NCBI RefSeq assembly: GCF_006345805.1
Contig: NC_043000.1
Location: forward strand, 42,594,001 to 42,658,000
From: Octopus sinensis
Lineage: Eukaryota
Direction of reading: 5' to 3'
DNA length: 64,000 bases
This document shows positions 1-12,499 of the stretch, in pieces. Numbering within the stretch: position 1 is the first letter of the stretch; every line of letters starts with the position of its first letter. Below the pieces are notes generated by a model. It made no database searches and was not told where the DNA came from. It worked only from the letters and a program-made list of their open reading frames with translations. Both the position numbers and the translations under genes were made by a program.

Positions 1-1441
1 AGTCTGAGTTGTTAAGAAGTATTCATCAGTAGCCAAAATTTAGGAAAGGAAAAAAGCTAAAAATACGTTAGAATTACATAGGTATGATGTTCGTAATGTT
101 CTTAGAGTTACATCAGTTTAAAACATGACTGAAGGAGTCTCCGTTGTGTGTTGATATATATAAAAATTTATTAAGGTTTACATTTTCTCAATAGATTAGT
201 ATAAAGGAGCTAATTTTAAACTCCCATACATGAAGTAAAAAAACAGGTGGACTAAAATTTATATTTAACCGTCAATAGTAAATACGGCTTAGATATTAGT
301 TTGAAAAAAATGTTTAATAGCAATTATAAATAGTGTGTGGTATATAAACTAAAAACTTTATAAAGTTCACATATATATACGAAGCAAAAACCAAAACGTC
401 CATTTCAACCATGCGGTTATTCACCCAGAATAATTCTGTAGCAAATATGTTTGTGGAGTGAATATATATATATTTATACGTAATTAGGATAAAGTAATTG
501 TTTAATGATTTATCAGTGTCCAGCGTACTAACAAGACCATAAGGGTTAATTTATATTTAAGTATAATTATAAAGTATAATTATAACAAGGGCGCTGAAGC
601 GACAACGTCTGTACGCTAAAAGTCGGGCCCAAATGGTCTGCAAAACTCTTAAGTTAGTAGTCCATTACCACAAGGTTGTATGCAAGGGAAATGGACAAAA
701 AGGATTTATAAAATATTGTGGACAACACTATATATCAAGATTTCGTGCTTTACGATATCAAAATCGTCTTCCACTCTTCAGTAGTGTAAATCAATCGTAA
801 ACAAATGGGAAATACATATACATACCATAGATATATGGTTGTAAAAATACGAGCATATACATGCATTTCACATAAATATATATGAAGCAAAAACATTTAC
901 AGTGATTCTGTCAACTGAAATTGCAGAAATACTAAAGATTTTGCTCCATGAATTTTAACTATGTTTAAATCATTACGAATGTCCTTTATTTTGAAGTTCA
1001 TGAATTCATCTGACAGAAACGGTTTCTTTACAATAACGTAATGTTTTCATTAATCAATGAAAGGAATCGTTAGAAACGGCTGTAATTGATTGATACCTGT
1101 TACTCATTTATATTTATTCACCTGTCTCGGAATCTGTCTTTCGTAAATATTATGAACCGCATACTTAACATAATGTACATGTCTGAATAGCTCAAGAATG
1201 GATTTCTTGACTCAGCTGGGTCCAGTTATCTTCAGACACTGCAGGTATATCATCCGGGTGTTACTTATGTACTCAAGTTTGATATTTGCATAATATTGTT
1301 GTTGCGTATGTATATTATTACGACCTAACGAGGTGCCTCAATCTAAGTACCTAAGTCAGTTGAATCTTATGTGTATGTGTGTGTGTGTTTATACATAAAT
1401 ATATATATATGGATAAACACACGGATGTGCTTATAAATCTA

Positions 1442-1474
<33 letters not shown>

Positions 1475-2428
1475 GTATTGGAATCTCCCGTCGAAGATGA
1501 CGTCTGAGTGTTCAGATTTTGCTGAACGACCTGCACCAATGTTTTGTCTATAGTGATCAAATATATACCCTGTTTTGTTTGCTCTCTCTCTCTCTCAACC
1601 AAATCGACGTGGTCTGAATAGGTGAACTGTATACCGCGCATTAGATGTCGAAGTGATCGCAGAGCAATGTGAGACGAAGTGTTTTGATCGGGAACATAAC
1701 AAACCACTCGGTCTTTTGTCATTTCTTTCTACTCTTCTCTACCATTTTCACCTATATCTAAGTCCCTCTCTATATTTCTTTGTTAATCGCTTCCTTTCCT
1801 CTACTCTCTTAAAATGCTTATAAAGTGCTTCACCATCTACCCAAATCAAAACATTGGTTCTCTGTAACATAAGATGTTCCCTAAAGATTCCTAGTGATTG
1901 AGCATCCAGTTTCACGCGCAACATTCAATGTAATGTTATAAGCAAGTACAAAGCAAAAATGTAGGTAGAAACAAATAATGTTAACTTCTGTTCATCGGAA
2001 TTTCTCTTTCATTTGCTCCGTATATTATAACTAGTACTATTATTAAATATAATACTTCATTAACAACTAAACTGGAAGCAGGCTTGGTGATTGTATTATA
2101 CGTGGAACTCTTAACAGAAGATGCATTATCTATTTGCACACACAACATTCAAGCACACACACACACACATACACACCACACACACACACACACACACACA
2201 TGCCACACAAACACCACGCACACGCACACACACACACACACACACGTATATACAGGTTTGGCCATAAGTCACCTGGCAGTAAATCAAAACCCGTTGGATT
2301 CCATGATTAAAATAAAAATATTTTATAAGAGATTTCGTTAATAAATAGACAATGGTTGAAAAAAACAAAAACTGATTTTAACTCGCAGCATTCAATTATT
2401 AAGCACTCATAATTGGAATGAATACATA

Positions 2429-2663
2429 CACTACTGTCAGAAATTAATTAGCACCCTTGATTTGCTCTTCACTCAAGGTATGTGCTGTCACCTAGTGGCC
2501 ATATCTCGAACTATTGCTTTGTTGCGAGTTCACTGTTGGACCGAAATCACACCATACTAAGTTTTCTCATCGCGTAAGACGTTTTGAACAGCTCATAGGT
2601 TAATTGATTTAACCTATTTAATGTAGAAATTTGAGAAGTGCTAATTAATTTCTGACGCAAGTG
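2429..2663. mobile_element. Tc1/mariner-type MITE (235 bp)
   Basis: 26-bp TIRs CACTACTGTCAGAAATTAATTAGCAC (2429-2454) and GTGCTAATTAATTTCTGACGCAAGTG (2638-2663), 3 mismatches, flanked by TA on both sides; no ORF. Confidence 0.8.
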
Positions 2664-2729
2664 TAAGATTGAACATTATTTATTTATGCAATTTTGATTT
2701 ACTGTCGGGTTAATTTCGGCAAACCCTGC

Positions 2730-2818
<89 letters not shown>

Positions 2819-2834
2819 CTATCTATCTATCTAT
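2730..2834. repeat. (ATCT)n microsatellite
   Basis: Direct reading; one of dozens of (TA)n, (CA)n, (ATGT)n, (TAA)n, (TAG)n and (AGAA)n tracts in the window. Confidence 0.95.
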
Positions 2835-2941
2835 TAAATTAAATAATGAGGGTAGAAATTGATATCAATCAATGAACATCAATTTAAACCAGTGGTCTAG
2901 CATATTTAAAAAAATCCAAAGATTTAAAAATTATATTTCAT

Positions 2942-3123
2942 TTAATAAGAGGAATGTCCACTGAAGTGGATTCATATACGTTAGAGATAGACGTGAAATC
3001 GCCTTAACACAAAGAGTGTGTTCTCAGGATTTTTTACTTGAGAACACACTCTTTGAGGTAAGGCGATTTGACGTCTATCTCTAGCGTATAGGAATCCACT
3101 TTAGTGGTCATTCACTTTATTAA
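2942..3123. repeat. Long imperfect palindrome (~87-bp arms), probably an inverted PLE terminal repeat
   Basis: TTAATAAGAGGAATGTCCACTGAAGTGG...AAAGAGTGTGTTCTCAGG / ATTTTTTA / CTTGAGAACACACTCTTTG...CCACTTTAGTGGTCATTCACTTTATTAA. Confidence 0.85.
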
Positions 3124-3528
3124 TTGTAATATCTAGCAATCTATATAATATATATATGTGTATATATGTATATATTTATGCATGTATATATAGATGATAT
3201 ATACATAGATATATATATATATATGTATATATTTAATCTATTTTATTTAATATAGAAGTATAGATTAGTAAGATTATTTAGATTAAACTTAATGTTTACC
3301 TCTATTTTTGTATTGAAGTATGAATATAGACATTAATATACGTATTTATTTATATGATATATGTGTTTGTGTGTGTATGTATATATGTGAATAGGTTTAT
3401 GTGCGTATTTATATTTGTATATGTATATACATTTTTTATGTGTGTGTGTGGGTGTGTGTATATATGTGTATGTGTATATATTTAGTATTGTACGTATGTA
3501 CATGTATGTATGTGTGTGCATATGTGTA

Positions 3529-3624
<96 letters not shown>

Positions 3625-3699
3625 TATGTATATATATATATATATGTATACGTATGTATAGTTATACCGCAAATTTTGATAAGTATTTTAGAGATTTTG

Positions 3700-5020
3700 G
3701 TTATGATCACTAATTTTAGCTTATAATTATAAGAGCATTGGGAAAGACTTTATAGTACGTTGATGAGTTACTATAAAAAATGTTTTTGAGATATTTATTA
3801 ATCATATAAGATTTTTAAAGTATATTTAATAATTAGTGGTTTTTAATCATTTAAATTATTTAATTTATTCTGTATTAAGTATTATTTATTATAGTTATTT
3901 TATTAATAAATCTTATAGTATAGAGTGATTTTATTCTTTATTTGTGACTTCATTCTATTTACACTTATTGAAAAACCATAACTGTTTCCATTCACAATCT
4001 TCATTGATAAAGCGTATTTGTTCCTCACGCTTAATGAATTCTTCAACAATTTATTATTTTTTTGCTAATAACGTAATTCCACGAGTATTCTTATAAACGC
4101 TGTAAAGACGTTTTCCGATTCAAAATTTTAGTTCATCACTGAACCTCGCTAAGATAAGTATTTATTATATTTAAGATCTTTGAAATGTAAATTTTAATAT
4201 TTTATAAGTCTTTGGTGTAATAATATTTTTCTTATGTAAATATCGTTGTTTATGTAATGATCTAATTATTGTAATTTTCTATATAATTATTAGATATTAA
4301 ATTTAAGTTTATTCGTAAGATATTACTTAGCGATAGATATGTTGTTTAATAGCAAGTATACGAGTTGTCTAAAGTTAGGTTTATGTATATACATGTATTA
4401 ATAACATTAATTGTAGTTTTAAATTACTCATAATTAAAATTAGATAAACTTGGATAAACTTAGATATGTTTCGACTAAAGATTGCTCCAGGCCATGTCTA
4501 ATTTAATAGCATAACTTAGTTATTGTCTTTTTAAATTGATATTTGCTAGTTTTATTCCCATTGATAAATATATTTATAGTATTTATAGTATTTATTCGAT
4601 ACTATATTACTACGAATTGATTATTTCTATATGTATTTTAAATATATGATTTCCGAAAGTTTGTTTGTTTGTATTTTTGAAATTAGCTATTTCATCTTTA
4701 AATATGAAAAATTAACTTATTAGGTCTTTATTATATGTGCATATATATTTATTTATAGAGATTATTTTAGATCTTAATTATAATATTTATATACATTTAT
4801 ATTTTCATTGATAATTTATATATAATAGTCATTTTTTTAAAGTAATTATGTAATTAGATATAAACTATTACCGATATTAGATTATTGGTGGGTGTCTTAC
4901 CTTAAAAATTAAAATTAATATTTAACATTATAATCGATTTTGATATAATCATAATCGTTAAATTTTAAGTTTCTAGTTTGATAATAGAGTTTATTATAAG
5001 TAAAATTATTATATTATTCA
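3700..5020 (-). pseudogene. Highly decayed Penelope-like retroelement ORF
   Basis: Minus-strand fragments such as MYIHKPNF...LLNNISI and HFKDLKYNK resemble PLE thumb/linker motifs (YIHxxSNHP...; KHFxKxxKxxKIFN). Many stops; boundaries approximate. Confidence 0.35.
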
Positions 5021-5023
5021 TAA

Positions 5024-5640
5024 TTAAATCTCAGAATGAGATTGAAACAGTAATCGCTCGATAATGTAAGGTATAGAAGCCATCTTATCATGGCTAACCA
5101 CATTAGAGAGGGGGTGTTACTGTAGCTTTATAGCCCCAAGAGATCTTCGTCTCTAGCTGGCTTTAGACACAATATCTGTGTCCTTGGAGTATTTGCAAAG
5201 GGAGGCCATCCCTTCCTCGCAAGCCTGAGTGATATGCTCGAACTAGTTTCGGGATTGTTGTCCCTCGTCAACGGGCGGTAACCACCAGGTAGCGATGAAA
5301 GTGAAGGCTCCTTTGCAAATATATATAAGTTTTTCTTATGGCGTCTGCCACTGATGTCGAAAAACGAACAGTAAGCATTATTAAATCTCAGAATGAGATT
5401 GAAACAGTAATCGCTCGATAATGTAAAGTGTAGAAGCCATCTTATCATGGCTAACCACATTGGGAAGGGGGTGTTACTGTAGCTTTATAGCCCCAAGAGA
5501 TCTTCGTCTCTAGCTGGCTTTAGACACAGATATTGTGTCTAAAGCCAGCTAGAGACGAAGATCTCTTGGGGCTATAAAGCTACAGTAACACCCCCTCCCC
5601 AATGTGGTTAGCCATGATAAGATGGTTTCTATACTTTACA
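5024..5640 (-). mobile_element. Retrozyme/pLTR-like element: 357-bp unit, partial tandem copy, then inverted copy
   Basis: TTAAATCTCAGAATGAG occurs at 5024 and 5381 (period 357); 5422-5528 and 5534-5640 form a near-perfect palindrome; contains an HHR. Confidence 0.8.
5236..5276 (-). ncRNA. Minimal type-I hammerhead ribozyme (U3 variant)
   Basis: Minus strand: GCCCG UUGACGA GGGA caacaa UCCC GAAA cuag UU CGAGC. Stem I 4 of 5 bp, stem II 4 bp, palindromic CUAG loop III. Confidence 0.7.
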
Positions 5641-5707
5641 ATATTATATTATTTATATCTTTAAAATATTGTTTAAATATTTCTGATTATTAAAAAAATA
5701 TTTCAAT

Positions 5708-5803
5708 TAACCTGCAGATTGACTGTAACCATAATTCGAATTATTAATTGAATTTAAATTATTTTTATTCGAATTGGTACAGCCATGAAACGATCGTAGT
5801 GTT
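5708..5803 (+). ncRNA. Degenerate type-I hammerhead with long stem II
   Basis: CUGCAGA (A6 mutated) UUGACUGUAACCA...UGGUACAGCCAU GAAA CGAUCG UA GUGUU; same GAAACGATCGTA as the HHR at 33819. Confidence 0.5.
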
Positions 5804-6140
5804 TTACTCTTTATCTTTTATTAAACTTTTAATACTTTTGATATTTAAATAATAATGATAAAAAAATTAATTAATTAATAAATAAAATAATATATAAATA
5901 TATATTGGTGGGTTTCTTACCTTAAAAATTAAAATTAATATTTAACATTATAATCGATTTTGATATAATCATAATCGTTAAATTTTAAGTTTATCAGTGT
6001 CCCTGATATTTAAAATTTATAAGTTTAAATTATAAAAAATTTTTTTAAAAATTAACTTTTATATTTTTATATTAATTTTATGTATTGGCTTACGTTTTTC
6101 ACTGTTTGATTTGCCTAATAGTGGTTTTAGCTCTAATTTA

Positions 6141-6210
<70 letters not shown>

Positions 6211-7425
6211 AAATACACACACATAATTATAGACATATATAAGCACAGGACAAAACACCAAAAAATATACGGTAAGAACAGAACATCACCAACGAATAGA
6301 AAATACGTAAACACATGATGAATGTTTCCTATCTTACCGTTGAAAGCTCGAAATAGGGAATAATTAACAGTCGACAATTGAGGAGGGCTTAGACTTATTT
6401 TAGTATTTTGTTTACGCTGTTGTTGTTACCTGTACCCTATGCGCATAGAGTGCCTGCATACTCATTTCCAGGGACAACACAGGTAATTGATAGCGATAGT
6501 AAATACGGATACTATTAACCCTTAGACGGCTACTACAACCGCTAACTCTGCTTACCTTATATGTGTGTGTGTGTGCGTTCGCGCGCGTGTGTGTGTGTGC
6601 GTGCGTGTGTGTGTGGATAACTATACATATATATATATAACTATCTATGTATACAGATTGAAATAAATACATATATGCGTGTACACACACACACACATAC
6701 ACACACGTATAGGCGGATACATGAGTATACCTGGCATAGTATGTAATACGAAAACGCCTGGAGCTGGATGCTTCTGCTGATAATTTTTGTGTTTCTTAAA
6801 AATTACATGAGTATTTCGTACAAGTGCACTTACTAGCTCTCTCCTATGATGTTGGAGTTTAAGTTATCTTCCTAGAACTTCCCCGTACATCAGTTTATAT
6901 GCGGCGTTGTAGACATAAAACACAACTTATGATGTAAGCTATTCGATAATTGGCATTAAAATTTTAAGCTGCTCCATAGATTCCAATACAAGCAACACGT
7001 CCTCTGCTTTGAAACGACTTTATTGCTTTAGGCTAACTTGTAGCTAGTAGCTAAATAATCGTTTAAGATATAAAATCAGTACCATTCATTTTCTTCAAAA
7101 TTTCACGACTTTCTCGATCAGATTGCAAAATTATTTCCTTGCAGTGGTACGTATATCTTAAAGGTACTTGAAAGTGAAATTGCTTGCTTGAGAGAGTGTT
7201 ACTAGTTTTAACATTTTATTCAGTGTGTTAACACACACGCAAAGACACTCACATATGCACACACAAACATACACATGTATATACATACATATATTTATTA
7301 ACATTCACCAAGACATGTAGCGCACACAGTCGTGTGCATATATATATATTGAGGCCCACATATAAACCCATTTACGGATACGTATGTTATATATATATAC
7401 ATATACATACGCACACACACACATT

Positions 7426-7498
<73 letters not shown>

Positions 7499-8468
7499 TT
7501 AAATTTACTTAGAAATTTCACATGTTTCGGTTCTTCTTGATAAAACGAACCTTATCAAAAATATTTTCAACAGTTAAGTGTAATAAAAAAGTTCATAATT
7601 TTTCTTACTAATCTCAACAGAATCCACGTGGTGTTTATTTTGTGGGGAGGAAGCATAATAGCTGCCTTATCCGTTGACTAAATTAGGGAAATGAACAGTG
7701 GCCGAAATAGCAGTAGCAGCACTGACTGTTGGTCGTAGTAGACTACTACGACCAACATTTCCCTATATCTGTATTTCCCTATATATATATATTTATTTCC
7801 TATATATATATTTATTATATATATATATATATATAATTTATAGTTCCACAAAAAGGTACTCTATCCAGTGAAAGATAAGTATGATTTAATACACACAATT
7901 ACAAATGAGCTGCTATTAGTTTCATGCTCCAAGGTACATGAGATTTATATAACATGCTAAATATCTTCAAGTAGTCTTTCAGGTTTAGTTCATAACGTTA
8001 GATTTATTTTAAAAAATCAGGACGTTGATCTATGAGAAAACATGCAAGAAATAAATAAATAAACGAGAAGAAAATATATGCGTGGTCGATGCAAAAAGTG
8101 GAACAAGAAGAAAGAAAAGAAAGGAAAAGAAAATCAAGGTCTCCGTCTTTGACTGCAGTAACCACAATGAGGTATGTATATATTTTTAATATAAACGGTG
8201 CAAAAAACCTTATATCGTGCTTTACAATCTTCCATTTCGGATATCAGCTGCCAAAGACTATCCTACAGTGGAATGTCTCACTGGATATACATGTGGAAAT
8301 ACGTAAATATCCGTAGATTATGTACAAAAAAAAAACAAACACAAAAATCGAGATGTTGGACTGAGCAGCCTTTATTTACTTTTGACGAGCATATGGCGTA
8401 GTGGTTAAGAGTTCGTGCTATTAATCTCAAGATTCCGAGTTCAACTCTAGGCAGTGACCTGAATAATG

Positions 8469-8543
<75 letters not shown>

Positions 8544-8557
8544 TCAACAACAACAAT

Positions 8558-8825
8558 AGGGATCGAAAATCAGAAACAATTCCTATCATAGTGGGCGCAT
8601 TAAGTATGATATAAAAATATCCAGACAAATACATAACAAAAACACCAGGACTTACAAAAATATATAACATACAGAAAATTGTACTACTAGGCACTGCACA
8701 CATCCTACGAAAAACACTTTCAATACAGTAACCATAAGAGCATCACAGCAAACCACAGCACGTACCCAAGGCACACAGAGCTGCGCTCGGTAGTGAAGTG
8801 AAAGCACGCTATAAAAATAAAACTC
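8558..8825 (+). mobile_element. 5'-truncated R4/Dong-clade (RLE) LINE 3' end inserted in (TAA)n
   Basis: Translates ETIPIIVGALSMI*KYPDKYITKTPGLTKIYNIQKIVLLGTAHILRKTLSIQ*, matching the R4/Dong C-terminal pattern IPIxxGALG...IQKxxLLGTAHILR; (TAA)n on both sides, the known Dong target. Confidence 0.8.
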
Positions 8826-8853
8826 AATAATAATAATAATAATAATAATAATG

Positions 8854-8937
<84 letters not shown>

Positions 8938-8940
8938 TAA

Positions 8941-8971
<31 letters not shown>

Positions 8972-9088
8972 AAGAATAAGAAGAATAAGAAGAATAAGAA
9001 TAAGAATAAGAATAAGAATAAGAATAAGAATGATAATAACAGCGAAAAATAACTTAGGAATGAGAACCTAGGTTCGAAATTTCCCCCA

Positions 9089-9135
9089 AGACTACTGATG
9101 AAAGCTGGAGAGTATATCAGCCGAAACGTCGTGTT
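9089..9135 (+). ncRNA. Minimal type-I hammerhead motif, stems partly decayed
   Basis: AGACUA CUGAUGA aaGCUG gagaguauau CAGCc GAAA cg UC GUGUU; core intact, stem I and the stem II closing pair mismatched. Confidence 0.55.
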
Positions 9136-9641
9136 AACAACAAACAAGATGTTGACAAATATCCGTCAAATGTAAATAATGTACATAATTCCTCATCTCT
9201 TAAATATAGAACTGTATGAGCAGCCTTTATTACATACTAACTAGAACTGCTTCAACTCACCATTATCAGCTCTTCCTTACTGAATGCGACATATATCATG
9301 AACAACACTGTGTTAATATCAGTCAAAAGATATATTAAACCATATTTTGAATTCGCACAGACGAGTTTGTGGTTCAAGGATGAATGAATATGCTGTTTAA
9401 TTTTTTTTTCCTTATTTTGATTTTATCGTTTTTTATTTGTCATTGGTATTTCTTTGTGGAATGTAAAAAATAGTACTTAGGTCGAGGTATAAAATTCGGA
9501 GAACCAAAATATGATTATTAAGCATCCAAATACATACATACATACATACATACATACATAATACATGCGTGTGTGTGTGCGTATGTATGTGTGTATACAT
9601 ACATATAGGTGTATGTGTATAAATATTACAATTAAAACATC

Positions 9642-9782
9642 ATTTACATTATTTACATTTGACGGATATTTGTCCTTATTTTGTTTGTTGTGTCAACAAC
9701 AAACAAGATGAGGACAAATATCCGTCAAATGTAAATAATCTAAATAATGTACATAATTCCTCTTCTCTTAAATATAGAACTA
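9642..9782. repeat. Fold-back copy of the 3' part of the 8377-9216 element
   Basis: ~49-bp arms (ATTTACATTATTTACATTTGACGGATATTTGTCC... / ...GGACAAATATCCGTCAAATGTAAATAAT); the right arm matches 9131-9213. Confidence 0.85.
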
Positions 9783-10319
9783 TATACTACAATTAAAAGT
9801 TTTTAAGCTATGATAAACCCGCCTATGTTTTTGGAGCAATGTATTCATCGTTACATCATCCTGGATAGAATTATCTCCAATTTTATGAAGGTACGATATA
9901 ATTTGAGCGAGATTTGGCTAATCTTCCAGTCTTTAGTGAGTTCAATTTGATTAGCTGGATACTTCCATCAATCCCATTGGACTTGTGCTTATGCTAGAGT
10001 AAGAAAATAGAATTATTGACACATTGTCGATAGTAATGGGAAGTGGAGAGAAAGAATAGTGGTAGAGGAGTAGTAAAGGAAATAGGGAGACTAAATGGAC
10101 GAGGAACAATTGTTCATGAACGAGCGGACTTTGACAGCTAATGTAAATATATGGAAAGCTTCCTAAGTTGTGCACAGTTTCAATTAACACCTTAGAATTG
10201 TAAGAGCATATCTCTATAGATTAACAATGTTCCATTAATTTATAGTTCTCCATTGTATCTTACTTCGTCTAAGCCTCTGTACAAATATAGGTATATATAC
10301 GTATATGTATGTATGTATG

Positions 10320-10363
<44 letters not shown>

Positions 10364-10412
10364 ATATATATACATATATGTATGTATGTGTGTGTATACA
10401 TACATACATAAT

Positions 10413-10446
<34 letters not shown>

Positions 10447-11797
10447 TCATGTGTGTGTATTGCTGTATTGAAGTGTGTATATGTATTTCATACACATATA
10501 CACACACACACATGTATATATATATATATATATAAACAGTGTCTCTTCGAAATCTGACGATCACTTTATCTCCTGCGATATCTTCTCTTTCGCTCTCTCC
10601 CCCCAAATGAAATCACGAAAGTATTTCCCAATTCATCAATCATATCTGATAGCTGATGACAATTAAATTGATTTTTCGTTGGTCGTAAATTGTTTGTATT
10701 TTACTATATTACTTTAGATTTTAGATTTACTTGTTTATATTTCATTTTATTTTAGAACAGAGTTTGCTTTTTGTTATGCTTTCTTTTTGTTCTTTCTCTC
10801 TTTCTCTTTCTGTCTCTCTCTCTTTCTTCTGCTTTTCTGTTTTCTTTTCTTTTCGCACGCTGCATAATAATTTCCGCTATACGTTTCATTTTATGTTGCA
10901 TTATTGTTGTGTAATGTTTTATTTTGAAATGCCAAAGTTGGATGGGCGTGAGGAAGTACATGCCCATTCAGTTACGTTTCGGTGCATGATCTACAATTTG
11001 AAGCAGTTAGAGCATAGGGAGAATATAGATCAAAGCAGCAGTAGCAGCTGGGTCAAGATTAAGGGCAGTTGCAGCAGCAGCAGCAGCTCAACTGGCAGAA
11101 TATGAAAAATTACAATTCGAGCTGAAACCTAATGCGGATTCAAGCGGAGACGAAACAATATAGATTTAGTGTGCTTCCTCCACTAGATACGGACAAACCT
11201 ATTTGGAACAGTACAAAGCATTGTATGTTATGCTTGTTGACTGTACAAAATGTTCAACAATTTAAAATCTGACCTGTTGCTAGTTCTCATATGGACGTTC
11301 GCTAAATATTATTGTACGGCAGTTTGTTAAATAGTATTACTTCAGTAAAATCATTTCCAACTCAAACTGTTGGTGATCTAATAAATAATTTCAATTCATT
11401 TTGTTTCATCCCTTGTATTTTAAAATATTATTTGTTTCTTTGGCCGGTATTCTGTGTTAAAATCTTGGTAGCATTAATATTTTTTCAGGTTTCTCAGTAG
11501 CCAACAACTACAAACATACATATTTCAGGTTCAGTATTTTAATATCTACCAATTTGCATTTAATGTTGAATTGGCGAACTGCTATTTTAGTGTGCTGATC
11601 AGATTTATGTCCGAGATATATAATATACTTTCTGAAATAGACGAATTTTAACGAAAAAGTTTTCAATGAGTTCTTTACTTTTTTTATACATGAATCATGT
11701 ATGCATGGAAATGTCTATTCCTGCTGAAAAATATTGTCTCAGAATTAATTATACCAAAGTCTATATATGCGTATGTAAGTTTGCATATGTAGACACA

Positions 11798-11842
<45 letters not shown>

Positions 11843-12499
11843 CCACCCACACACACACACACACACGCACACACATTTTGCTTGTATATACGTTTATGCA
11901 TGAATTCAAATAAATATTTGTTCAATCATATAATTATACTATCATATTATGGAGACAACTTGAGATATGTCATTGATTTAGACGTCATTATAAAAATAAA
12001 ATACTTAGGTAAGAACAATCCATTGCTATTTATATATTAGAAAATCGGAATTAATGATTCTGGCTGCGCAGTAGACTGAATAAGCTGACTAAATCGTTAA
12101 AGAGTCTAAAATAACGAGCTGCGTATTAGTTCAAAATCATTACGTCCTGAGTTAAAGTCACACCGTGATTAACTTCATTTTTATCCCATAAAGATTGATA
12201 ATATAAATTACGTTTCAAGTATAGAAGTCCCCTTGTAATTGCTAACGTTTTACCCAAACTGGCAAATACTATTCTTCAATAGCGTTATTATGTGCTTTCA
12301 GTGAACGATTTAGCCAAGCCCTGAGGTTCTCCTGTACTTCCTGTTCTCTTGCTTTGCTTTACATTCTGTTGTAATGTAATATGTGTGCATTATCTAACGT
12401 TGTGAATTTCCTGATGCTGCGTATAATTTGTAGTCGGAGAGTTTAGTTAATTAGTTGTTTGTGTCAGTTTTAATAATTTCAAAGGCACTCATTACAGAA

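Larger units (their letters stand above)
8377..9216 (+). mobile_element. tRNA-headed SINE-like element with internal (TAA)n and a hammerhead motif
   Basis: A box TGGCGTAGTGG (8394-8404), B box GAGTTCAACTC (8437-8447), HHR core at 9095-9135; 15-bp direct repeat TGAGCAGCCTTTATT at 8362-8376 and 9217-9231. Confidence 0.75.

Noticed and set aside
1195-1240. CTGAAGA...GAAA on the minus strand (similar case at ~28930-28975)
   Set aside because: Stems I-III do not form, so these are not counted as hammerheads.
3333-3713. Long YI/HT/CV-rich ORFs here and throughout the ORF track
   Set aside because: These are translations of (TA)n, (CA)n and (ATGT)n microsatellites.
5120-5190. Canonical HDV-like ribozyme
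   Set aside because: Helix order is similar but P1 is only 4-5 bp and the catalytic J4/2 CNRA is absent; kept only as an unknown module.
8392-8460. Possible tRNA gene (also at 32580 and 47645)
   Set aside because: A and B boxes only, with no acceptor stem or cloverleaf; these are SINE heads.
11029-11163. Open frame IKAAVAAGSRLRAVAAAAAAQLAEYEKLQFELKPNADSSGDETI*
   Set aside because: Built on (GCA)n, preceded by an in-frame TAG and lacking a pyrimidine tract or start codon.
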